Shown here one piece after another: positions 1-11,061 of a stretch of DNA of 64,000 nucleotides. Both the position numbers and the translations under genes were made by a program. The first letter of the stretch is position 1; the number at the start of each line of letters is the position of its first letter. The stretch spans positions 247,573,741 to 247,637,740 of the forward strand of contig CM041465.1 in the NCBI GenBank assembly GCA_023213395.1. The letters are read 5' to 3'. The notes beneath the pieces were generated by a model. It ran no database searches and was not told the origin of the DNA. It saw only the letters and a program-made list of their open reading frames with translations. Source of the DNA: Cycas panzhihuaensis (Eukaryota > Plantae > Cycadophyta).

Positions 1-3000
1 CAGGTTTTCATCGGTTGTGCCTCTTTCCACTTTGTCAAAATTCAGTGGCCACTAAGATATACCTAGCATTTGTTCGTTTGGCTGGGGGACTAAATGATTG
101 AATAAAATCTAGTCCTTATTTTTCAAATGGAGCTTGGGCTAAAATTGGATGTAGTGGCATGGAATGATTTTTCCTAGGCTTGCCCACTTGTTGGCAAACA
201 TCACAGCTTCTAACCCATTTCTCTATATCCTCAAACAACATTGGCCACCATAATCCTACTAGCAAAATTTTTCTAGCAATGGGTTCAACTCCTTGATGTC
301 GTGCTGCCACTCCTTCGTGGGCTTCTAAAATCATCGCTTCAACCTCATGTTCTAGTATACATTTTCTTAAAACTCCATCTGGTCTTAACTTATATAGCAT
401 CCATTGAATTAATTGGAATGGAAAGCTCTTTTTTATTAAACTTTGCCTCTCTACTTGTTCCAAACCAATCGGTGTTTCCCTTGTGGCGAGATACTATGCA
501 ATACCCTCATACCATTTTGGTACTGCTTCAATGGAAAATAATTCTATATCTGAAAAGTCATCACGCACTCTTGTGGAAGGTTCTCCTTCAACCTTGTTAG
601 ACAGCAAGTTAGGCACCGTATGCTTCTTCCATTTTTAACCACAATCTTGAAATTGAACTCCTGAAATAACATCAACCATTGGCTGATCCTTCTCTACAAG
701 ATGGGTTTGTTTACCAAGTATTGAAGGGCCTGTTGATTTGCAAAGAAAACAAATGGATTAGCCAATAAATAATGCCTAAATTTCTATAAGGCATAAACCA
801 TTCTTAGGCCTTCTCGCTCAGTCATCGAGTAAGTTCGCTCAGCTTGTGTCAATTTCCAATTGGCAAAGTAGATAGGGAGATCTACATTGTTGTCACTTGG
901 TTGAGCCAATACACAACCGATAGGCAACAATGAAGTATCGACATGCACATGAAAAGGTTTTTCCTAATCTGGAAATCTCAACATTGGTGCCTATGCAATT
1001 GTTTTCTTTAACAAACCAAATGCAAGTTGTTGTTGCAACTTCCATTGTCATATTATTTTCTTTTTTAGTAGGTTTCTAAGGGATTAGCTATATGAGCATA
1101 CTCCTTGATAAATTTTTCTATAATATCCAGTTATGCCCAAGAATCCTTTTACCTACTTTGTTGTCTTTGGTGTGGGAAAGTTTAGAATTACTGCCACTTG
1201 TCGAGATTTGTCAACAGACCATCCTTGGTGACCGCATGCCCCAACAAGGATCCAAATGGGACCATAAATGTACATTTAGCTTGATTCAAGCACAAATTGC
1301 TTCTTCTTCATGTTTCTAGCATTAATTGCAAACTACCAAGATGATTTTTCAGCAAGGTATAAACTGTCTAGTCATCCAAGAACACTTCTATTGTCTTTAC
1401 AATTGTTTGTCTTAAAATATCCAAGATTTCTCTTTGGAAGGTAGTTGGGGTATTAGTTAGCCCAAAGGGTATAACTCTATATGCATAGGTTCCCCGTTTA
1501 GTGACAAAAGTTGTTTCAAGCTGGTCTTCTAGGGCAATCTGAACTTGATTGTACCCACTAAAATCATCCGTAAAAGAATACACCTCATGTCCTGCCACCT
1601 TTTCTAAAATGTCTTTGGTGAAAGAAATGGGAAAGGGATCCTTCTTTCTTGCTTTATTTAGAGCTCTGTAATCCACACAAACTTGAGTTTCTCATTTTTC
1701 TTAGGAACTATGACTATTAGACTTACTTATTCATTATTTTTGACTTAGAAAATCTAGTCGACTTCTTCCATTTTATTTAGCTCTGCCTTTACCTTCTCTT
1801 TATATTTGGGATTCTTCCTATAGGGATGTTGCCTAATAGGCTTTGCTCCCTATACAAGTTCTATCCAATGCTGTCCAAACTCTGATGGAATGCCCTTTAG
1901 GTCCTTATAAGACCAGGCAAAGACATCTTTGTATTCAAGGAACAACATTGTAGCTTGCTGCACTGTTTTAGCATCCGAGTAATCTCCCATGTTGATTATC
2001 TGGGGTTGTTCTTCTATTCCTATGTTTATCTGCTTTGATTTAAGCTATTCACCTTGCACTGTTTTCTCATCTTGGATTAACGTATAAGATGGAGTTTTAT
2101 CAATCGTTCCGTCTCCATACTCTATAGTAGAGTAAGTAGGAGGAAATTGATGTATTTCGATCAAGTTATCTATAACTATTTCCATTTTAGATTTTTGTTC
2201 AGTGGACTCTATCTAGAAACAATTTTTATCCGCATACATCATTTTTGTTTTGAAACTGGTTAAAATTTCTTGAATTCTCCTATCCTTACTCCGATATGCA
2301 AAACTCTGGCAAAAAATTATAGATAGCAAGTCCCAATCAATCATTTGTGTCTTCTCACAATATTGATACCATGCTACAGAAATACCTTCAAAGGTTTATG
2401 CACACCTTTGGGTCCACTCGACCTTTGGAATGTTGTTCACTATCTAATTCTACGCACATTTTTTTATACGCAATTGGGGATCATCCCCATTTCAAAACAT
2501 TGATAAATTTATTATTAGTTTCTAAAATCTAATTAAAAAATTTAGACTTGTTTCATTCCAAGATTTAAAATTCACACCATGAGCGATGTACCATGCAAAA
2601 GCTTATCCCATCAGGGACAAAGGAACCAAGGAATACCAAAACTCTTCTTGCTATATATCTTTCAGGATTTGAGTACATTCCAAATGTTTTTCAACTTGAA
2701 CGTTATGACCCCAAAACTTTGGAAAATTTTCAAGAATTTCAGAAAAAAAATTGAATTACCTTGAGAAATTTGCAGATTTTGATCTTCTTTTTCTACATCC
2801 TGGACTGTTTGAGGCAAGTCTCCTTTTACTTCCACAGTTCCTTCTTCTTCATCCTCCTTTTGTTCATCGTCTCTGGAGAATTAGGACATAACTCTAGCCT
2901 ATAGCAGGGAGTTGGTCCTTCTTTTTCCCATGCATTTTGAAGCCAACTCATCACATATGAGGATGATGCACTGTTGGGAATTGTTGATTGTAACTAGTAT

Positions 3001-5100
3001 GCATTTTCTAAATAGGGACTCACCGTTGGTTCTGCTTCAACAGTTATAGATGAGGCTTTCTGTTCATCTTTAATCTTTTCAATCTGGGGTCCATCAGAAC
3101 ATAATGGTAGAGTTATTGCTTTATTCCTAGCTAAGAGTGTGAAAGTATGCCTCCCCCAATCTTGTATGGCCTTGATAGCCAAGAGCCATGGTTTTCCTAA
3201 CAATGCGGGGTAGGACTTCTTTTGACCTGCATTTAGACAACTGCAAAATCCATTAATACTGTGATTCTTGCCACAATAATCAGAACTTCCATCAATGTCC
3301 CCATTGGTCTAACCTGAAGTTGGTTAGCTAATCTAATTGAATAGGCTAAGGCAAGCACTTCGAGCCTTCCCAGAGCTATCCAAGAAGATTCGGGTAATGC
3401 ATTGACTTCTGACAAGGTCGTTCCAAGAATGACCATTAGAACTCTAGGGTCTACTCCATTATCCTTAATTTCTCTCAACACTGGCTTCTTAATATGATCT
3501 AGCACCACTTGCTGGAAAATAGTTAGCCTCCCACCATTAGAAAATTACAAAAATCGGAATTGATACTCGTAATTTAGTGAGTAAATCTTTGATAGATTGA
3601 AGTCTCTGCTAGGGATTCTTATCTTCCATCTGAGATGGGGGACTTTGAGGGATTGCCTTCCTCTTATAGATTTGTCTCTTAAACCATTGTTCCTGTTGAA
3701 TCTCCTCCTGTCGGACTTCACTCATTGCCTCTTAAAGAATCTTCACTACTTCTTGGAGTCTCTGCTTTTCAACTACTGGACTCAGAAAATTATCTAGTAC
3801 AGGTGTTGTAGTTGTTTTGCCACTTCGAGTTTGTAAGTACACTGGCACTTCCTTGTCTGAAATGAGTGCAACCAAATTGGTTGTTTGCACTTTCACATTC
3901 TTTGGATAGTCTACTCATTCATGATTTGCAGGTCCACATTCTTCATAAATAAGCTCACCTCTTTTTTTCTCTAGTACACACTCTAATCTATAGTGCCCAC
4001 AGCTTTGGCACATAAAACAATGAATTGGTTTTATCTTGTCTTTAGATTGTTTTCCTAGTCCTTGTTTAGTTTTCTGGAAAAATGCATTATGAACTTCCTC
4101 ATTTGAATTCCTTGGGCTTGATTTGGAAAAGCATTCCCACGGATTGTGGTTAGCCTTTCTACAATACTCACACCACTTCACTAGTTCGATATGTTCATTT
4201 TTATGTGACTTTGCTAATTGCAAGGTGGGGGGCACAAAATGTTATCCCTGGACTTTTCTAGGCATAACCAGGTTAATTCTGTACGTAACTTCTCCACGTC
4301 TTGATTCTGCTGCATGCTTATAGGCACAGGCATGGTGGTTGTTGTTTCAACATCTCTACTTCCTTCTTGAGTGCCTCAATCTTTGGATTTGTTCCCATTT
4401 GTGGTGTTTGCAATGCTTGTTGGCCATTCATCAATAGAGGTTGCACTCTTGCACCTGCCTGTGAGAGTTGGGAGAAGGCTGCTACTGTTTGAAAAGTTGA
4501 ATGCATTGCTATTGAGAATATGCTATTTTCATTTGGTTCTTAAACTTCAAAACTAGTTCTTGTACTTGCTTATAATTATGCATCGGATGCAACATGACTT
4601 TGTCCCTTAATTGTGGCACTAGTCCTTGCACAAAATACTTCCTTGATATCATAGGATTAATCGTCGTTGTTGGCTGCATCTTATTCATTATTATTCTCAT
4701 TCGTCCATCAAAATCATTCACTGATTCTCCAGGACATTATCTTATTTCTTCCAGTGCTTGAAATATTGCCATTGGATCTCTCAACTTTTGAAAACGATCT
4801 AAGAATTGGACCTACAATTGATCCCAAGATAGATTTTGCATAGCTACATATTGGAACTAGGCAATTGCTACTCCTCGTAACATGGAGAAGAATCGAGCTT
4901 TGTTATCATCGGGATTTACGATTCTTTTGATTTATAACATGTTTCAAAATAATGCCAAATGATCTCCTAGGTCCATATACCTATTAGATTGTAAGCTTGA
5001 AAAAGTAGAATCACTTTGGACAATAATACAAGGGGCTATAGATCCTACTCCACCTCTTGCCGTTTTCCTCCTGCTACACATCCTCTCTATCAGGGGTTGC

Positions 5101-5576
5101 TGTTACACCAAAAGCCCCAGGGTGATTTGGGAAGAGGACTTCCTCGGGATAGTTAGTGTCACGTGCTCCAACACTCCCTCGTCACGAGGAGTCGGCTATA
5201 CCTACACGGCATGCATGTCCACCACGACATTCCTCGGCGGCCACTCCCCTGCCTTCACGTATGTCCGGGTGCGCTACCGCGGTAACACAGGACCGGTTTT
5301 GAACCCTGGCCGCTCTGATACCACTTGTTGAGGGAATGGATCTAGGGATCTAGTGCACTAACACTACACAATGGCAAATAGTGGAGACAAGCACAATGTA
5401 CTCAACAAGAGAAATGCATATAAGCTGAAATTACATGGAGAGTGATCATATTCTACACTTTTCCTCTTTGAGCTCAAGCTATTAGCATTTCTCTTGTTGA
5501 GTACATTGTGCTTGTCTCCACTATTTGCCATTGTGTAGTGTTAGTGCACTAGATCCCTAGATCCATTCCCTCAACA
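5101..5576 (-). mobile_element. Small TRIM-like chimeric insertion in the Gypsy gag region: palindromic 251-bp terminus, iMet PBS, ~150-bp interior, PPT, 73-bp terminus
   Basis: - strand: TGTTG..CAACA (5576-5326), PBS TGGTATCAGAGC (5323-5312), PPT GAGGGAG (5180-5174), TGTTG..TAACA (5173-5101); CpG-rich; no clear TSD. Confidence 0.65.
5326..5576. repeat. Perfect 92-bp inverted repeat (5326-5417 / 5485-5576) with 67-bp spacer
   Basis: Arms are exact reverse complements when read base by base. Confidence 0.95.
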
Positions 5577-6251
5577 CTCTCGGCATACCCCCTGGTGGTG
5601 GACTGCCTCCTTCAACATTAGTGATAGTGACTAATTTTGTAACAAAGTCCCTATCCTCTACCCATATTTCCTCCTGATGGTGAAATGCCACACCCTCCTG
5701 CACTGCTCCCTCTTGGACATGCCATTGGAGACTTAAAAAAGGGATTCAATATGGGGCTAAGAGGAGTTTTGACCTCTACGAGATGATGGTTCCACCCTTG
5801 ATTTGTCGTGATGTACAATTCCAATTCTATTGAGTTACCTTCATTTTCAGGTAATATTGTTTCCTTCATAAATTCTTTTGCGGCCACGTCCTTTTGTAAT
5901 ATGTCACTTTCAACAGGATCCTCTTCCAATGCACACCTCTAGTCTTCTTCAGTCTGGACTGCTTGATCTTTGGTGGGACCTCCACTTACTTGTATGTCCA
6001 TCCAGTCTTTCTTTTTTGTCTTACTTCCACTACTCAACTCCCTCCTTTCTGTTGAGTTTGCAGGCAGTCGCCTCTTCACCTGCTTTTTGGGAGTGACTGT
6101 GAATCTGGGCTTTTGTACTCCTCCCCGTAGTCTATCCCTTTCCCAATGCTCTTTGCGTTCTTGGTGTGTCTTAGATTTTCCTTCTACTATGTCCTTGGGT
6201 GGCATGGAAGAGGTGCAATGCTCTTCGCCTTTTCTTCTCCAGATTCTAGTA

Positions 6252-6264
6252 GGCAATGGAACCA
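6252..6264 (-). promoter_or_regulatory. Primer binding site TGGTTCCATTGCC (tRNA-Glu-like)
   Basis: 1 nt after the LTR end; near-identical to the PBS at 55684-55696. Confidence 0.7.
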
Positions 6265-6265
6265 A

Positions 6266-7157
6266 TGTGGGCCTATGAACTATTTCCTATTTCTACAACA
6301 ATGTTACGATCCATATATAGAATAGGCACAAGACACAACATCAAAATGAACATAAACCATCTCTTTCATTATGAAAGGGAACTGCGTCTGGTCCTCTCAC
6401 AACCAGACATAGACCTGAACAGTACAAAAGTTTTCAGTTGCTGGGCGTCAAAATTTGGAGCAAGAAGATACATGCATATTTTTAATATACACATGCACAC
6501 ACACTTGATACTTAAATATACACTTTCAATCAGTTTTATACAAAACAAATTATCATAGCTGTTGAACCCACTGGCAGTTAACCTATATGATAATTAGTTG
6601 CCACAGAAGAAGGTTCCAATTATTTCTATAATATAATTCGATCTTGACTGCAATATGGTCGTAACTGTGACTTGTGTGTGAGATCTGATCGTGATTACGG
6701 CTTGTAGTTTGCGAGGTGGTTGTCTTTGCGACTATGGATGGCGATTCGGTCCCACTTGGGATTCCAATTGCAACCTGGGCGTAACTGCTACAATCACGAC
6801 CCGGTCGCACCTGCTCCTGTGATTGCGATTTGGTCACATCTATAATTCTAATTGTGACTTGGTCATAGTTGTTGCTGCAATCATGACTTAGTCGCACCTT
6901 CTCCTATAATCATGACCTGGTTGCACTTGCTCTTGTAATCATAACTCGGTCGCATCTGCTCCTGTGATCACGACTTGGTCACACTTGTTCTTGAAGTCAT
7001 AACCTAGTCACACCTGTGATTCTGATTGCAACCTGGTCATGGATTCTATTGCAATCATGACTCGGTTGCACCTATTGCCATTATTGTAACCCGATCATGC
7101 TTTCTATATATACAATTGTGAACCCCAAAATTCGCTGTACATTTTCCAAGGCACACA
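6266..7157 (-). repeat. 5' LTR of the Gypsy element, with an internal TGCGACCAGG-like tandem subrepeat array
   Basis: Begins TGTGTGC and ends ...CCCACA on the - strand, next to the PBS; homologous to LTR 28970-29763 (shared GTTGTGAGAGGAC.AGAC block and subrepeats). Confidence 0.75.
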
Positions 7158-7357
7158 ATTTTCTCAAGTTAGTATTATGCTACTGAAGCTATTCTGTTAG
7201 GTTGAGCAGTAGAATAATTCTCCTCCTTATCTAGTGTTATGTTGTGTAGCTTATGCTTGCTTTGTCAAGCTTTTAATCAATCTTTCATCTTTGTATGTTC
7301 ATGAGTTGTCCTCTCTGTCTCCTCAAATAGATCTTGTTATGTTATTGTGTTCTTTCA
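7158..7357 (+). repeat. 3' part of an LTR (same family as LTRs at 47674-48083 and ~48752-49261), interrupted by the Gypsy element
   Basis: Shares AAGTTAGT.TTATG...GGTTGAG.AGTAGA.TAATTCTCCTCC...GATCTTGTTATG with 47890-48083. Confidence 0.7.
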
Positions 7358-7369
7358 CTCTCTTCTACG

Positions 7370-9150
7370 TTAGATAGCCCCTGGAGATAGCTAAGTGCAT
7401 TAACTCATTTTGATGATACTAGAAAACTAAAGTTTAATCTTAGCAAGAGTAAGATCGTGATCTTCAATGCCTCTAGATATATCATCTCTAGGCTATTGTT
7501 TACTTTTTGGGGTTAGCTAGTGGAGATAATATCATCTAGTACCCTATTTGGTCCTATTTTCAGCATGTGCTTAATGACTTGACATTGATTTAACAAGGGG
7601 AATGCATGATTGTTGCTTCTTGAGAGACCATGGTTTTAGTTGCACCTCCAAGATGTTTGTGCTATGTGGCTTCTCTTTGGCATCTCATTTAGACTCTCAA
7701 TTTATATGGCTTGGAGGGGTAGAGACCAATCTTATCTTTGATAGATTAGACATGGATTGATTGAGTTTGAACTCTTTTGCTTTCTTAGATCATTTATAGT
7801 AAGTGCACAATCCCTCTGTATATTGTACAAGTAGTTTTTGGTGCATGTGCTTTATGCCTTTTGACCATTTTTGAGATTACCTCATATTTGCATAGATTTA
7901 GGCACATGGTAGAAAACCACAACAAGGAAGGAAGATACTCATATTTCTCTCTTTACACTTCATGAGATTTGGCTTCTATTGGTTAGAATCAACCTAGTCA
8001 TAGATCTTTGTGTTGCTAGGCTAAAGTTTCAACCTTATGTTAATTGTTTGAAATGTTTATTACTCAACTACCTCCCACTTGGTTCTCCCTTGATCATATT
8101 AATTTCATTCCATCTAAGAGAGTGATTAATTAGCCTATTAGAGAGGAGATCTACAAACCATACTTAGAAGTTGCATGGATATCTCTGCATGGAGAGTTTA
8201 GCCTCAAATCATCATTTGACCTTCAACATCTTCTTAGCATTGTTGGTGACATTATTACTTCTCTACGATATGTAGACTTCTACTTGCCATATGGTTTGAG
8301 ATTCCCAATGGTTAGTGTACTGTATGTCCTCACTGGCTTAGGGTGGAAATTCTGCACCTTTTTCACAGAGAAAAATGTATCTACCTACTATTTTCATTAG
8401 ACTCTGAGATAGAGGGATGTGTTATTTTCTGTCACCTTGTATGTTATAAGATCAAAGGTAGATGTCATTGTTTATTGAAGGATTTTAGAGACTTATGTTC
8501 AATGTTCATTTTATATGATGACAAAAGATGCGTAGGTTTCTCCCTTTTTAAGAATTTTTTTTCCCTTTGAAGGAGCCACCCACTACATGCATGATTTTCC
8601 TTGTCTAAATCTAGACATAGCTCCCTTTGAAGTCGTAGGAGGCCTAGCGTCTCATCAAAGTTTTCCTAACAACTTGAGTAATTAGTTAGTTCTCCTTACA
8701 ACTTGGATGTAAGAGGAGAAATGTGGTGGGATATTATAGCTACTATACTAGGAGGTAAGCCCTCTAAAAAAATTTCTTTTAGTTGCATTTCATATGTTAC
8801 TTTGACCTCAACCTTGAGTATTAGGTGAGATTGGGAGAGGCAACCTGAAGGATTTTGCAATAGGGATCATCATTAATAGCTTCCCAATGATTGACTAATC
8901 TTTGCCAGATGAATTTATTTAACAAGTTATTAAAGATTTTATAGTTGATTACCATGAAGATGAGATTGTTGAAGCCTTTAGGACACGATTGTCAACATAT
9001 ACTTAGACTTGTTAGAGTGTGCCCTCCACCTACCTACCTTTCTTGTTTTGGGGATCAAAGTCTTCTATGTATAATACCCATTGACATTTGTAATATTTCA
9101 TATATATTTGGGGATTGTGTTATTCTTATGACTATTCATATAGGACTTAG
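7370..9150 (+). pseudogene. Highly decayed L1-type LINE ORF2 3' remnant (tentative)
   Basis: Fragments resembling the LINE post-RT region (SKSKIVIFN; FIWLGG) and a Cys/His cluster (C..C...CH, ~8410-8500); no intact frame. Confidence 0.35.
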
Positions 9151-9396
9151 GTTCGAGATATTGTAGGCACTCCCTCTTGATATAGTATTATAAGATGTTT
9201 ATTTAATCAATCCCATTGATCAATTTTGGTTATTTGTTGACATTAATGTAATTTCCTTTCATTTCTTTTATGGTGCTTTTCAAAGGGCCTATTTGGGGCC
9301 TCGTCATGCTATCTTCTTGCAATGGATTTATTCTCAACTTGTTTTGGGAGCACATATATTGGGATGTAATCTCTTATCGTTTTCTTGATATGGCAG

Positions 9397-9468
9397 GTAT
9401 TGGGTTATCGAAATGCATGTTGATGGTTTTCGCTTTGATCTTGCATCAATCATGACTCGGGCTTGCAG
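9397..9468 (+). CDS. ISA1: Isoamylase 1 (GH13 starch debranching enzyme), internal exon with catalytic nucleophile Asp
   Basis: AG/GT-bounded 72-bp exon reading (R)[23 protein letters not shown](S); DGFRFDLA is GH13 conserved region II; splices in phase to the next exon. Confidence 0.93.
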
Positions 9469-9581
9469 GTTTATTGCTTCTTTCATTCAGTTACTAAGAT
9501 TAATTTTTTTATATATATGTCTTACAGATTGTACTTGGGCATTAGTTATAAGAATTTGACTATTCATATATGGTTTTGAAG

Positions 9582-9708
9582 TTTGTGGGATGGAGCCAAT
9601 GTATTTGGCAATGACATAGAAGGGGATTTCTTGACAACTGGAACACCTTTAAATGAACCTCCCTTGATTGATATGATTAGCAATGATCCGGTCCTTTGTG
9701 GTGTAAAG
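9582..9708 (+). CDS. ISA1: Isoamylase 1 internal exon
   Basis: AG/GT-bounded 127-bp exon LWDGANVFGNDIEGDFLTTGTPLNEPPLIDMISNDPVLCGVK, typical of ISA1 rather than ISA3; phase consistent. Confidence 0.92.
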
Positions 9709-10033
9709 GTAAATTCCATGTATCTTTTTTGCCAAATTTACTAATTTGTAAATTTCATTTAAACTACTTTCATTGATTGTTAAATGTATGTTTCAAACTA
9801 TGTATGTGTATAACAATTTGCATTGTCCTTGGGGGCACATGTTAAGTTGTGAAGATGCATGTTGAAACCTGATCAATTATCCATCTTAATTCTTTTCATA
9901 TCTTTTGTTTGCACATTTTTAGGAAGTATGAATGTTAGGCTTTGGAGCCAACTTCATTTAGCAACTACCTTTAGTGACTTGAAATCATCTATTATATTAT
10001 ATCTTACTTCTTCTATATTCATGTCTTGAACAG

Positions 10034-10120
10034 CTTATAGCTGAAGCATGGGATACAGGTGGCCTATATCAAGTTGGTAGCTTTCCACATTGGGGTATGT
10101 GGTCAGAGTGGAATGGACAG
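10034..10120 (+). CDS. ISA1: Isoamylase 1 internal exon with catalytic acid/base Glu
   Basis: CAG/GT-bounded 87-bp exon [29 protein letters not shown] (GH13 region III). Confidence 0.95.
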
Positions 10121-11020
10121 GTAATTCAATTTCCTCTAGTTTAATGTATTTAAGGTGATATTTAGATGCCATTGAGTTGATTTATTGACTTTGACTTGAA
10201 ATTAATAGCACAATTGAAATCATTGCTTCAGCTATTTGAAACGAATTTAGTTCTTACTAATCATTATGCCATTAAAAAATGCAAATTGAACTATTGCAAA
10301 TCTTTGGTTTTTATTGAAAGTTTTATTGATATTGGTACATGTCTAAATTATTGGCATGTGAAGTTAGTTTTTAGGAGAGAGAATAAGAAGTTGATTTTAG
10401 AGAGAGATTAAAAATAAGCCTCACCTAGGGTTATAAAATGGGGAAGCATTATTCATTTGTAATCAATCTGGGAGAATTATTATTTCATCTCGAAAGATGG
10501 CCTAAGGCCATCAGGGCATTGTTGTGCCATTTAGAGGGAACCCTTGACTTGAAGAGGGCAGTTTACTATCGAGATCTCATATGATATTATTTTATTCACT
10601 GTTATAAATCTGATATTATTCTAAGTTGCTAATATTATTTATGTTGAGATTGTTGTATTTTTGCTATAAATTCTATGGGCCTCACCATAGATATGATCAT
10701 AATTTAGAGGACAGGGTGGCCTAGAATTCTATTTGTCTAGCTTGCCCATAATTGTTAGTATCAATATCATGCATTGAATACCATGGAAAGTGATAGGTGA
10801 TTCAAGGTATAAAAGCAGGTGGGAATCTCAATTGAGCTAGAGCATGTTATGCGGCAATAATGTACTGTGGAACTCATCCATATTCATTGGCTTATCACTC
10901 CTTCACATGGGTCTTGGGTTATGATTTTGACTCTTTTTTGGCATACTTGATAATAGTTGTCAAAGAAAGCATTGAGGCGTCACTATCTTCAATTTTTGTA
11001 TCTTGGAAGAGTTAAGGGTT

Positions 11021-11061
11021 GTGGGGGCGGGGGGGGGGGGGGGGGTGTGGGGGGAAGGGGG
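11021..11061 (+). repeat. Poly-G tract / potential G-quadruplex
   Basis: Several long G runs in an AT-rich intron. Confidence 0.8.

Larger units (their letters stand above)
1..7157 (-). mobile_element. Degenerate Ty3/Gypsy (non-chromoviral, Athila-like) retrotransposon: 5' LTR, gag, protease, RT, RNase H, integrase start; runs off the left edge
   Basis: RT (DYRALN..KDPFP..SGYNQV..FLDD, 1368-1676); integrase Zn-finger (H..H..CDVC, 116-463); gag CCHC knuckles (3915-4235); LTR 6266-7157 followed by PBS 6252-6264; many stops and frameshifts. Confidence 0.9.

Noticed and set aside
5101-5173. Cassandra / 5S rRNA similarity (GGAAGTCCTC on the - strand)
   Set aside because: Only ~10 nt match; no A-box or other 5S sequence recognisable
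9270-9455. 61-aa ORF
   Set aside because: Out-of-frame overlap with the real ISA1 exon at 9397-9468
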